A DNA stretch of 63,812 bases, the filler included, from Octopus bimaculoides (Eukaryota): NCBI RefSeq assembly GCF_001194135.2. It is 7 parts of 7 records of this genome, joined end to end, with 100 filler letters (N's around TTAATTAATTAA, not from the genome) between each part and the next. Parts side by side here need not be neighbours in the genome. Positions count along the whole stretch, not along the records: positions 11,788 to 32,698 come from NC_068989.1; 6 more parts are not named here. One strand, written 5' to 3'. The notes under the pieces were generated by a model. That model was not told the origin of the DNA. It saw nothing but the letters and a program-made list of their open reading frames with translations, and ran no database searches. This document shows, piece after piece, positions 12,459 through 24,281 of the stretch; positions within the stretch are counted from its first letter, which is position 1, and each line of letters starts with the position of its first letter. The translations under genes and the position numbers were made by a program.

Positions 12459-12645
12459 AGGCAGTGTGCTGGCAGACTTGTTACTGTGCTGGACAAAATG
12501 CGTAGCAACGTTTCGCTTGCCTCTACGTTCTGAGTTTGAATTCCACCAAGGTTGACTTTTCCTTTCATCCTTCCAGGGTCAGAGTAATCAACTGTCCCTC
12601 TCCCCACAGAATTTTAGGCCTTGTGCTTATAGTAGAAAGGATTAT
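12459..12645 (+). mobile_element. Second tRNA-derived SINE family, (ATT)n tail
   Basis: gtgtgctggcag...tacgttctgagtttgaattccaccaaggttgacttttcctttcatcc; homologs at 52835-53055 (+) and 36120-36330 (-). Confidence 0.7.
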
Positions 12646-13091
12646 TATTATTATTATTATTTCTATTAATAATTACCAATTTCACTACATCGTTATTGAC
12701 TGACATTTCATAAATGAAGGAAAGAAATGTTCAGTTTTAATTACATTTAATAGCAATCATGTATTTGCTTGATATGTGTGTGTTTTGTTCTTGTATCAAT
12801 AATGTATAAGGGAGAAATTTTAAAATGAAATCCATAAGCTAAAAAATAAATTGTGTGTATTTGTGTAGTTATTTCTAATTTTCAATATTGTAACACTATG
12901 CTATAGTTGGGTCCTTATCATTATAAGGTCTCCCTCTCTGTATGTTAGATTTCAAAGCTTCTTCATTGTATTGCTTCATAATTATCTCACCTCCTTTTTT
13001 TTCTCTCTCTCTCTTTCTCACTATGTTTTTCTGGCTGTTTCTCTCTCTCTGTCTCATTTTCTCACTGAGTTTCTCTTTTACATCTTAACAG

Positions 13092-13187
13092 ATTGAGAAA
13101 ATGGTTGAAGTTGCCAGTAATTTGGCAATAAAGGAATGGCGGCGACTCCCTAGGATTGTTTCAAATGTTCACGTACCTCTGCTACAG
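13092..13187 (+). CDS. TRRAP: TRRAP exon IEKMVEVASNLAIKEWRRLPRIVSNVHVPLLQ
   Basis: aacag|ATT...CAG|gtgagt; 96 nt, phase 0/0; EWRRLP..VS.VH.PLLQ motif. Confidence 0.95.
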
Positions 13188-13277
13188 GTGAGTGACTCCA
13201 GCAGTTTTTAAATTTTTTTTTTATTTCAGCTGCCTTTTTCTTGAATACTCTCTGGTAAAAGGCTGCAGGAATAATTA

Positions 13278-13555
13278 TCATCATCATCATCATCATCATT
13301 TATCATTTGTTGTCCATGTTGGCTTGGGTTGGACGGTTTTACTGGGCTGGAAGGCTGCAACAGACTCCAGTCTGATTTGGCATGGTTTTTTACGGCTGGA
13401 TGCCCTTCTTAACACCAACCACTCTGAGAGTGTAATGGGTGCTTTTACATGCCACTGGCACGGGTACCGTTTGTGTGCCACTGGGGTGCTTTTATGTGCC
13501 ACTGGGTGCCAATTTGCGTGACACCGGTGTCTGCCATGACTGATTTTGCTCAGCT
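13278..13555 (-). mobile_element. RTE-related short retroelement with (GAT)n tail (family C)
   Basis: (CAT)n..ccatg..gggttggacgg..tacggctggatgcccttcttaacaccaaccactc; ten or more copies in the window. Confidence 0.7.
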
Positions 13556-13973
13556 TGATGAGTCTTCTTCTCAAGCACGACATAATGCCAAAGGTCTCAA
13601 TCATTGCCTCCATGAAGCCCAACACTTGACAGGAACTCAGCCCCTTTGCCTTCATGAGGCCCAACGCTCCTCACCAACCCCCACCCCTTATTTTTCCTTC
13701 CATTCTTTATTGCACCTCAGCAATGTGGTTGAGTAGACATATCTCTTCAGCCCCACACTAAAGTACTTCTAAAGAACATTTTGCTAAAGTACTGCTGTCA
13801 TACCTCCTTCCCACTACTTACCCTCACCTGTTTTCAACTAAGATAAACATTTTCCTATAGCTAAACATATTTTTCAGGTAAGACTGAAAATAATTTCGCA
13901 TGTATTATGATGATGATGCTCATTTACGGCCATCATATGATGCTTAGGCACACACACACACACACACACACAT

Positions 13974-14335
13974 TATCATTATCATCATCATCGTTTAACG
14001 TCTATTTTCCATGCTGGCATGGGTTGGACGGCTTGACTGGGGACTGGCAAGCCAAGAGGCCGCACCAGGCTCCAGTCTGATCTGGCAATGTTTCTACAGC
14101 TGGATGCCCTTCCTAACGCCAACCACTCCAAAAGTATAGCGAGTGCTTTTTATGTACCACCGACAAGGGAGCCAGTCAGGCGGCACTGGCAAGAACCATG
14201 TTCGGATGGTGCTTTATATGTACCACCGGCACGGGGAGCCGGTCAGGTGACTCTGGCAATGACCCATACATGAATGGTGATTATTGCGTGCCACCAGCAC
14301 TGATATTGGCCACTACTACAATTTCCATTTGATTG
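13974..14335 (-). mobile_element. Family C copy
   Basis: catcatcgtttaacgtctattttccatgctggcatgggttggacgg...ctacagctggatgcccttcctaacgccaaccac. Confidence 0.75.
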
Positions 14336-14828
14336 TGATTTGATTTGATTTGATTATATATATACAGGTTGCGGCAGAAGTAACACCCTTTTTGCATTTA
14401 ATAACTTTTATGGTGTATAAATGTTTAATAAGTAATTTTTTTATTGAACACAAATTTATTGCATTACTTAAAGAAACGAATAATAAACTAAGGAAAAAAA
14501 TCGCAGAAGTTTTAGGAAATAAAGAACGAAACTCAATTAAAAGCCAGAGAACTTGAATACAAAAAGGCATTAGTCCCGCTGCACCCTGTATGTATATACA
14601 CACATATACACCACACACACATATACACCACACACACATATACACCACACACACACAATGGTCTTCTTTCAGCTTCTATCCTCCAAATCCACTCAGGGCT
14701 TTGGTTGGTCCAAGGCTATTGTAGAAGACACTTGCCCAAAGTGCCACCCAGTATGACTGGACCTATCTAATAATAAATGAATTGAAAATTCAAATGATTT
14801 TACATTTATTTGTGGTTCTTTTCATTAG

Positions 14829-14947
14829 GCTGCCCAGCAAATAATGGAATTACAAGAGGCTGCTCAAATTAACCAAGGTCTCCAGCCAGCCAACATCAAT
14901 CGCAGCTCATCTTTACATGATCTGAAAGCTATTGTGAAAACTTGGAG
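14829..14947 (+). CDS. TRRAP: TRRAP exon AAQQIMELQEAAQINQGLQPANINRSSSLHDLKAIVKTW(R)
   Basis: cattag|GCT...TGGAG|gtgagt; 119 nt, phase 0/2. Confidence 0.95.
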
Positions 14948-15332
14948 GTGAGTGGTTCTGTTTGACTATAAAATCTATGTTCATGTTTCTGTGTATATAT
15001 CTATCTGAACTCAATTAGTATCTCTAAGTATGAACGTATATGTGCACGTGTGTGTGTGTTACCTTTTTATCTTTAAAGTGCCTGGGCTTTGGTGCCTTAG
15101 TTCTAAGTAGGACCAGTTTATGTATTTGTATTTTATTTCCTGTCTGTGTTTGTAACTAATTATACAAACACTACTGCAACACTAACTGATGTGTCTGTCA
15201 CCTTTTTTTATTATTGCGTGTTTGTTTCTTCTAACTTTGATATGCGTATGTGATTGTTTTATTTTACATATGTGTAGATACACACCAACACCATCTAATG
15301 TGTCTCTAATGTTGTTGTTGTTGTTGTTGCAG

Positions 15333-15447
15333 GAATCGTCTACCAATGATTTCAGACAATATGTCACATTGGAGTGACATCTTTACCTGGAGGCAGCACC
15401 ATTACCAGTTCATCATAACCAACCATGACACGCACACCCAGCAAGAA
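15333..15447 (+). CDS. TRRAP: TRRAP exon NRLPMISDNMSHWSDIFTWRQHHYQFIITNHDTHTQQE
   Basis: ttgcag|G AAT...GAA|gtaaga; 115 nt, phase 2/0; WRQHHYQ motif. Confidence 0.95.
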
Positions 15448-15728
15448 GTAAGAATAGTTTTCGTCTTTTTCCCGCTTCACAACAAAACACCTTGTCTTGA
15501 CCAGTAGTTTACAAATAACATAGCGCTTGAGTAACCAGTTAAGATTGAACTTGCATATAGTTGACATACTTCTCCATGCTTTCATGGGTTAGACAGAGTT
15601 TATTGAGGCAGTTTTTTTTTTCTAAGTTGCAAGCTCCTTGCAAAAAAGAAAACTCATATCCATGTTTCCCTTTTTTGTTCTGTTTTTATTTTCCAAAAAG
15701 TCATTAATTTTTTTTGCATTTATTTCAG

Positions 15729-15844
15729 CAACACAGTAACCATTCCATGCTGGGGGTCCATCATTCTGCTCTTGCTATCATCCATTTTGGTAAGATCGCC
15801 CGCAAACATAATTTAACCAGCGTTTGTATAGACTCATTAAATAG
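15729..15844 (+). CDS. TRRAP: TRRAP exon QHSNHSMLGVHHSALAIIHFGKIARKHNLTSVCIDSLN(R)
   Basis: tttcag|CAA...AATAG|gtatgt; 116 nt, phase 0/2; MLGVH..A.AII..GKIARK motif. Confidence 0.95.
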
Positions 15845-15941
15845 GTATGTATAGCTTGATGTTCATTATTGATTTTTGCATTATTTAACTGTTTTACATG
15901 TAGTTTTCCAGGATTCTTTATTACAGGTAGCAGTTGTTTAA

Positions 15942-16551
15942 CCCTTTAGTATTTAAACCAGCTAGGAAGGGCATCCATCTGTAGAAACTCTGCCAAATCA
16001 GATTGGAGCCTGGTGTAGCCATCTGGTTCACCAGTCTTCAGTCAAATGGTCCAACCCATGCTAGCATGGAAAGTGGACATTAAACGATGATGATGATGAT
16101 GATGATGATGTCCAACCCAAATAATTTATCTGTTTTATGTTCAACCAGCCAGATTTTATCTCTCACACCTACCCTACAATGTCATTCTAAAAATGCAACA
16201 ATCATCATCATCATTTAACATCCGTTGTCCATGCTGACATGGATCGGATGGTTTGACTAGGTTGGAAGGCTGCACCAAACTCCAGTCTGATTTGGCATGG
16301 TTTTCTACAGCTGGATGCCCTTCCTAACACCAACCACTCCAAGAGTGTAATGGGTGCTTTTACATGCCATGGGCACAGGTGCCATTTGCATGACGCTGGG
16401 TTGCTTTTACATGCCAATTTGCATGACACCAATATCTGCCACGACAATCACATTATTGAATTCCTAAAGATATGAGAAAATGCCTAGTTAATTTGAATTG
16501 ATGTGAATAAATAAGTTTTACATTTGACAGAAAAATCTGAATACTAAAGGG
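15942..16551. mobile_element. piggyBac-like MITE containing two nested, inverted family C insertions
   Basis: TTAA|ccctttagtatt ... aatactaaaggg|TTAA (12-bp perfect TIR); family C at ~15963-16110 (+) and ~16200-16445 (-); related fragments ending aaagggttaa at ~39072-39285 and ~45350-45435. Confidence 0.75.
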
Positions 16552-17084
16552 TTAACTATTTTGATTCCAATCTGCCCAAGACTACCCTTGATTCTCTGGC
16601 ACAAACTTCTTGTTTTAAAGTGATCTGAATTATAATTTCCTACTAAAATTTCCTGTTACATTATGTCCCAGCATCTGCTTAATAATGCCTGAGTTATTTG
16701 GGTTGTAACCTAAACAAAATTTCTACATATTACACTAATAAATTAGAAATGGTACTCAGTTCCAGATTCATTGTGTAAACTGACAGGGAGATGAATAATC
16801 TCCTTTGGGGTAGAACACCAGTCTGTCACAAGCAACCCTCAACATATATTCTGGCACTAAATAGTTTTACCAAGCAGCTGAGTGAACTGAGGTCATGTAG
16901 AATAAAGTGTTCTGCTCAGTTGCACAATACCAATGTATTCCTCAGCTATTTTAATACCACTGCTCTCACTGTTGCATATTACAGTTAAGGAATTTATATT
17001 TTAGGGTCCTCCTTTGAAAAAATTTATGGTAATGAATAATATTTCCAAGACATAATCATAGAGATTTAAATCATTTCATTTCAG

Positions 17085-17196
17085 GATCCACACAATCCCG
17101 ACGGTGCCCATTGTGGACTGTTTTCAGAAGATACGACAGCAAATCAAGTGCTATCTCCAAATGGCTAGTACGATGAGTCGTTCAGAACTCCAAGAA
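17085..17196 (+). CDS. TRRAP: TRRAP exon IHTIPTVPIVDCFQKIRQQIKCYLQMASTMSRSELQE
   Basis: tttcag|G ATC...GAA|gtatgt; 112 nt, phase 2/0. Confidence 0.95.
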
Positions 17197-18480
17197 GTAT
17201 GTCTTACTATTGTTTTGTACATTTTTCTTTTATGTTTAGTTTTAACCATTATCAAAGGAGGTGGGGGGAGTTCAATCTCATTAAATGCAGTTGTGACATA
17301 AATTTTCATTTCCCATTATACTCATAAAGAGGAATGTAGTGATATATTGACACAACCATTGCTGTTATTGTTCAGACACCATCTTTAGCAGGCTGCCGGC
17401 AAGGCTAAAATGGCTCTCCTCCCAATCCTGCCAAGGGCCACCTTGGTAACTTTATGGCCTCTGTGTACTTATTATTATTATTGTTACCATTACTACCAGT
17501 AGTACAGGGTTCCATGATTTTTTATTAATAATAGCAATAGCACCACCAACACTATTAATAATAATAATAAACATATTGTTTGGATGGCTGTTGACTCCCT
17601 TGAAGGGCTTTGTTTTTCATCATGTAGATTGTCCAAATAGACGAAACACTCTCCTCATTGAGAATGATCCCAGTGAGGATGCTTACGTAGTCATGGATGG
17701 CCAGACTACGCCGAATGTTGTTCTGACATACCCCTTCATGATGTTGCTACTTCTCTCTTCCTATTAGGGAAGGTGAGGGTACAGCTGTCATGGCTATTGC
17801 TAATAAGGGTACAAGCCAAGGACATTATTGATATATGTGGGTTGGGGTATACCCTGATGAGAACTGTGGAATGGAGACAGGGGTCATAGAAGAGAAAGAT
17901 GAATTTAAATATCAAAAAATCTTTGTAGGACATAGATAGGAATGAGATGGGGAGTAAGGGGAAAATAACTTTAAATAGATAAACCTTTGTTGTGACTTTG
18001 GTTTTTAGGTATTATTTTCTTCTAATCTTGTGTTTATATACCCTACTCTGAATAGTGAGACAGAGACAGAAATGAGAAAAGAGAAAACAGATTTTAATGT
18101 AGATGGAAAACAATGGAAAAAGTAAATTTAAGTAGACAAATCAGTGTTGTGACCTGTCTTATATTTTTTCCACCAATCTCGTATTTGTTGGCAGAAGTAA
18201 GGGAAAAGAAAATATTTTATTATTATTGTGAAAACTTTTCCTTGATATCTGCTGTATTTATACATTTTCCATAGAACACCTCCCAGACAGTTGAGGTCGT
18301 TAACAGATGATGTTTATAATACACTGGGTAAGATGTTGAGGTGCACTAGGACAGGATAAATTAAAAAAAAAAAAAACGTGTACCCATAAGTGTTCAGTAA
18401 AAATATTATAACTATGAAATTTAAGGTGGTATTATTGTTGTTAATATTTATTATCAAAATTTTTCTTTCTCCCCATCCAG

Positions 18481-18704
18481 TTATGTTTGCAAGGTTTGGA
18501 CATAATTGAGATAACAAATCTGAAATACTTCACCAAAGAAATGACTGCTGAGCTTTATGTCCTCAAAGGAATGTTCCTGGCACAGCTCAACCGTTCCGAT
18601 GATGCCAACAAGGCATTCTCAGCAGCAGTTCAGATGTCCGACACTTTAGTGAAAGCTTGGGCTCAGTGGGGTGACTATCTAGACGCTGTCTTTACACGTG
18701 ATAA
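18481..18704 (+). CDS. TRRAP: TRRAP exon (LCLQ)GLDIIEITNLKYFTKEMTAELYVLKGMFLAQLNRSDDANKAFSAAVQMSDTLVKAWAQWGDYLDAVFTRD(K); 5' boundary uncertain (18481 vs 18493)
   Basis: In-frame acceptor ttttctttctccccatccag| at 18480; donor GATAA|gtaagt; TNLKYFTKEMTAE and AFSAAVQM motifs. Confidence 0.9.
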
Positions 18705-18934
18705 GTAAGTACTCTACTTCACATCATCATCATTATAATCATCAATTCTATCATCATCATCATCATCATGGACACCAGCAGTAGATAAAGTTTGAATGAG
18801 TGTAAAGCACAATATGCCACCATTCTTTTGCATCCTTTGTCATCTCATCTGTGAGAGACTGCATCCTCAGCAACGCTTCATTTATCTTCTTTGATCTTTC
18901 TCTGTCATAAGGTGTCTATTCTTGTCAGTGCATG

Positions 18935-18980
<46 letters not shown>

Positions 18981-20022
18981 CTGAGTGAAAAAAACAGCCC
19001 ATTCAGTTGTTCTCTATGTCATTATTTTTGGCATGGATTTTTCTACAGCTGGATGCCCTTCCTAAAACCAACCACATTACGGCATGGAGTGAGATGTTAT
19101 GCTACTGGCACTAGAAAAGTTGTCTCCAACTAGATCAAAGAGACCTTTTTTTTGTCAGATGACAAAAGACCATGGAAGGTAGTGAGACAACTGAAGCAAA
19201 TGGCAAGATGTCAGACTTGTCCAACCTATGCCAGCATGAAAAAAACCCCGCAAAATTGGTGTCAAATGATCTCTCTCACTTTCCCTCCATCCCTCCCCCC
19301 CTCTCTCACATATATGTATAACTATAAAACAACTCAGAATTGAATAAATGCCTATATCAATTCTTTTACACACACATTATTATTATTATTATTTATAATA
19401 ATAATAATCATCAGCAACAGCAGAAGTTACAGAGTGGCTCAAAGATCGAGAGATTCATGCATTGACAAGTGCCAATGCATGAAGCTCCCATCTGTAATAG
19501 TCGCTTTGTAATATCTGGCAATTAATAATAATTAAAAATACATACATACATATATATATGCTCATGTTTTGAGTTCTATTTTTCTGTTTGCACCACTAAA
19601 ACCTATATGTAGCACAACAAAAATTTTAATTTTGGACATTAGAGTTACCAAAGGTTTCGTATCCACAAAGCCAAAGCATTGTGGACAGCTCGTCAGATTC
19701 TATTCTAAGACTTGAGAAAATGCTCAGAGATCGAGATTTAAGTCTTAACATATAAAAACGTTTATGAGGACTGGTTGTCTCTCCTGAACCAGAGCCCCCT
19801 CCCACCAAAGAAACCTTATAGACCCAAAATAGCCCAACCAGCAAGCAGGGAGATCTAACTTTTCAGTAGGTAGCACCTGAAGTGGACACACTTAGAAAAA
19901 AACCTCCCCATGACCACTCAATGTGCCAGGCTTTTGCTGTAATAATTACTGCTCTATTCTTTAGAGTGTGCTTCATTTCTGATTTATGTTTTATTGCTGT
20001 TTCTTTTCAATTTCCCCGCCAG

Positions 20023-20211
20023 ACAAATTCAACAAGGTGTTTGGGCTATAACATGTTACCTGCACGCCTGTCGACACCAGAATGAAAGCAGATCTCGCAA
20101 GTACCTTGCCAAAGTCCTCTGGCTTCTCACATATGATGATGAAAAGGCAACATTGACCGAGGCAGTTGATAAATACTCGAATGGTGTTCCTGCAGTGCAG
20201 TGGTTGCCGTG
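20023..20211 (+). CDS. TRRAP: TRRAP exon QIQQGVWAITCYLHACRHQNESRSRKYLAKVLWLLTYDDEKATLTEAVDKYSNGVPAVQWLP(W)
   Basis: ccgccag|A CAA...CCGTG|gtaagt; 189 nt, phase 2/2. Confidence 0.96.
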
Positions 20212-20516
20212 GTAAGTAGCATCTGCAGATGATTTCATTGTGTGTGCAACTTCCTTTCATAGGTTTTGTTAGTCATTAGTCGCTGAACTTGCTGGGGTAC
20301 CACATTCAAGGGTACTTAGTGAATTATATTGGTCTTGTTTCTTTGTCTTTTATCCTTTGCTTGTCTCAGTCATTGGACTGCAGCCATGCCGGAGCATTGC
20401 CCTGAATGCTGGAGCATTGCCATGTGAACTTGAAGACTATCACATAACCTTGTACCACCATTCCATCACACAACTACCATATACCACCATACGTACTCAT
20501 CTCATTCTCATTTCAG

Positions 20517-20665
20517 GATTCCCCAATTGCTGACATGTTTGGTAAGAAGTGAAGGCCGCTTGATCTTAAATTTATTAACCCAGGTGGGTAGGATGTACCC
20601 ACAAGCTGTCTATTTCCCTATTAGAACCCTCTACCTCACTCTGAAGATTGAACAGCGGGAGAGAT
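20517..20665 (+). CDS. TRRAP: TRRAP exon IPQLLTCLVRSEGRLILNLLTQVGRMYPQAVYFPIRTLYLTLKIEQRER(Y)
   Basis: tttcag|G ATT...AGA T|gtaagt; 149 nt, phase 2/1; PIKK FAT-end WIPQLL and YPQA.Y motifs. Confidence 0.96.
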
Positions 20666-21232
20666 GTAAGTTTTATTGGAGGTTTTTGTTTTTTTTTCTC
20701 CTTTTATTACAGATTGTTTTAAAACCCTACTTGACATGGTAGCACTAACAGAACAGATCTTTATCTAGCATATATAGTGTTGGCAATTTCTGATTGTGTG
20801 TGTGTGTGCATGTGAAAGAGAGCGAGTGTCTGTGTGCGTGCGTGTGAAAGAGAGTGTGTGTGTGTGTGTGTACCTGTTTCAGTTCCTTTTACTTATGTGA
20901 TGTGTAACTAAGAGTGAGAGAGTGTATAAATATATCTACTATAGTTGATGAGTGTGTGTGTGCATGTGAAAGAGGGTGTGGGTGTGTATGTGTGCGCATG
21001 TGCAAAAGGGTGTGTGTGTGTGCATGTGAAAGAGTGTGTGTGTGTGTGTATGCCTGTACCTGTTACAGTTCCTTTTACGTATGTGATGTGTGGTTGTGTA
21101 AGAGAGAGATTGTATGTACATGTCTACTATAATTGATGTGTGTGTATGTGCACACGTGTTAGTTTTGTTCTATCAAACTATGACCTTGCTGCCTTGCTTT
21201 CTTCACTCTCTTTTTCTTTCTCTCATCAACAG

Positions 21233-21418
21233 ACAAAACTAACGAGGCAGCTAATGCTACCACAGCCAGTCGCAGCAGTAGTAGCAGTCCTTTGGTTACT
21301 ATGACCCCTAATGTTGCAAATGCTGCTGCTATTGGAGGTACAAATTCAGCAGCATCCACTCCTCTATCTCAAGTGACCAGTCCAAACACTCCTCGGACAC
21401 CAGCCACTCCAGATTCAG
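21233..21418 (+). CDS. TRRAP: TRRAP low-complexity Ser/Thr/Pro-rich insert exon KTNEAANATTASRSSSSSPLVTMTPNVANAAAIGGTNSAASTPLSQVTSPNTPRTPATPDS
   Basis: Long pyrimidine tract then caacag|AC AAA (completes RERYK); donor TCA G|gtaaga; 186 nt, phase 1/1, open frame. Confidence 0.8.
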
Positions 21419-21599
21419 GTAAGAACGGCATTCTTCAGGTCACACGGTGCCACATTTTCCTTTCTGAGAAAAGACCATGACTGCATATGTGTGTATGCGT
21501 GTCTGCAGAATGAAGTGATTTGGTGCAGCTGTTTGACCACAGCCAATTTGGCACCACTGACTGGACATGCACTAAAATATACACATAGAGTCCATGTGT

Positions 21600-21920
21600 G
21601 TGTTTTACCTTTTACTTGTTTCTGTCATTGGACTGCGGCCATGCTGGAGCACCACTTTGAAGGGTTTCTGTTGAACATATTCACACCAGTACTTATGTTT
21701 TGTTTTAAGTTTGGTACTTATTCAATTGGTCTTGTTTGCCAAACTGCTAAGTTACTGGGGCAGGGACAAACACACTCACACTAACAATGGGCTTCCATAC
21801 AGTTTTTGTTTACCAAATTCACTCAAGGCTTTGATCAGCCTGGGATCATAATAGAAGACACTTGTCTAAGGTGCCATGCCATGAGACTGAACCTGAGACC
21901 ACGTTATTGTGAAGTGGCCT
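21600..21920 (-). mobile_element. Diverged copy of the same SINE in a TRRAP intron
   Basis: cattggactgcggccatgctggagcacc...agaagacacttgtctaaggtgcc. Confidence 0.7.
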
Positions 21921-23962
21921 CCCTAATTACACAGCCATGCTTGTTTTTAAGTGAAGTTATATATAAAAACATTTTAGCATTTGACTCAAGGGTTACTCAA
22001 TACTTTTTAGTAGAGTATGTATTTCTTAACTTTTCCTTATAAAAATTTATATGGCCTAGTGGTTAAGATGTTGGGCTCACAGTTATGATTCTTGGCCCAG
22101 GCAGTGCATTTTGTCCTTGAGCATGGCCCAAAAGCTCCAGTCTCTCAGCTAAAGATCTGTGCCAGCTGACTGCTAGTAAAGCCCTACTTGAGGATGTTCT
22201 ACCGGACCAAGAGCAGGAGAGTCAAAGTAGTGTCCACCTGCTCACAACTACAAACACACTTAAAAAGCAATTTGTAAAAGTATGGCACATGCTCCCAAGT
22301 CACGATCATTTGCTAGTGATGGTTAGGCTTTCTTTTACACACACACACACACACACGTTTATGTAAGTGTGCAGATGCACTAATTAGAATTACAATCCCC
22401 ACGTGTTACTACACCACACATACACACACACACACACACACACCATTAACAGCTCTGTTTGTTCAGTGCCTTATAAACCCAGTGTTCAGTCTGAGAGTAG
22501 CTCAATAACTTGAACACCATTTCCTGTACCAGCTTGCTCTCTTCACTCTCATCCCATGAGTCACTATTTCTTCTGAACCCCATTATACCCAATCTTGGAA
22601 TCCCCGCAAAGGTCATAACTACTATGCTCTCTTTTTCTGATGTTTTAATTTTTTTAATTCTTTAAATTCATTGAAAATTTTGCGTTTCTTTTCCTTTGCC
22701 AGATTTTATCTCATCCGGCCAACAGCAGGCCAGTGTNNNNNNNNNNNNNNNNNNNNNNNNNNNNNNNNNNNNNNNNNNNNNNNNNNNNNNNNNNNNNNNN
22801 NNNNNNNNNNNNNNNNNNNNNNNNNNNNNNNNNNNNNNNNNNNNNNNNNNNNNNNNNNNNNNNNNNNNNNNNNNNNNNNNNNNNNNNNNNNNNNNNNNNN
22901 NNNNNNNNNNNNNNNNNNNNNNNNNNNNNNNNNNNNNNNNNNNNNNNNNNNNNNNNNNNNNNNNNNNNNNNNNNNNNNNNNNNNNNNNNNNNNNNNNNNN
23001 NNNNNNNNNNNNNNNNNNNNNNNNNNNNNNNNNNNNNNNNNNNNNNNNNNNNNNNNNNNNNNNNNNNNNNNNNNNNNNNNNNNNNNNNNNNNNNNNNNNN
23101 NNNNNNNNNNNNNNNNNNNNNNNNNNNNNNNNNNNNNNNNNNNNNNNNNNNNNNNNNNNNNNNNNNNNNNNNNNNNNNNNNNNNNNNNNNNNNNNNNNNN
23201 NNNNNNNNNNNNNNNNNNNNNNNNNNNNNNNNNNNNNNNNNNNNNNNNNNNNNNNNNNNNNNNNNNNNNNNNNNNNNNNNNNNNNNNNNNNNNNNNNNNN
23301 NNNNNNNNNNNNNNNCGCGCTCAAATGGTGCTTTTTACGTGCCACCGGCACGAGGGCCAGTCCGGCAGTACTGGCAACGGCCACGCTTGCACGGAAGCGA
23401 GACTGCTGCTCTGGCAGTGTCAATGTCTATGTATATGTTTGTGAATACATCAATGTGTAAGTGTAAATATGTGTTTGTGAGTATATGGATATGTGTGTTT
23501 TATCATTGTCATTTTACATTTGCTCTCCATGCTGTCATGAGTCTGGCTTGTGCATTTCATTTTTGGCTAGTGTTAGTATGGGCATCCAGCTATAAGAACC
23601 ATGCCAAAGCACACATTGGAGCTTGGTGCAGTCCTCTAGCGCACCAGCTACTGCCAAACCTTCCAACCTGTCCTAGCATAGAAATCAGATGTTAAATTAT
23701 GATAATGATGCATCTACAGCTGAATACCCTTCCAGCACTAACCACTATACAGTGTATTGGATGTGTTTTTTGGAACTCCGAATCAGGGGAGTTTGTCGCA
23801 TCTTCAACAGAAGTAGACCAGAGGCTCCCCTTAACTGTACACATTCTCTATATGTTCGTGCATGTGGGTACATATGGTTGTGTGTGCAGATGTTTGTGTG
23901 AGTGTATAAGTTCTAAGTCATGTATAATGTTTTTGCTTATCTGTAATTCCCTTCGTCAACAG

Positions 23963-24062
23963 ATGGTCTGGTTTCGTGAAAATTGGTACGAAGAAGTTTT
24001 ACGGCAGTTACACCAAGGTTTGGCTAAATGTAATGCTGTCGCTTTTGAAAACAGAGGGGCTG
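23963..24062 (+). CDS. TRRAP: TRRAP exon MVWFRENWYEEVLRQLHQGLAKCNAVAFENRGA(V) (FRB-like region)
   Basis: caacag|ATG...GCT G|gtgagt; 100 nt, phase 0/1. Confidence 0.96.
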
Positions 24063-24281
24063 GTGAGTATTTTAGAATTGTTCTTATTGTTATTTATTAG
24101 TTTAGACATCTGAGGATGTATCCCAGTGCTGCTAGGCTATCTTCCATCCTGGGTGTTGTATGTTGAAGGAATTCTTGTACTTGAGCATCAATAATTTTTA
24201 CATATCCTTTCTTGAAGTTGTCTCAACAGTTCCACCATGTTCTGACTGCTTCTTTTTTCTCCATCTTCTCCCAAACTGCAG

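Noticed and set aside
18492-18494. AG at 18492-18493 as the TRRAP acceptor
   Set aside because: It would shift the frame relative to the phase-0 donor at 17196.
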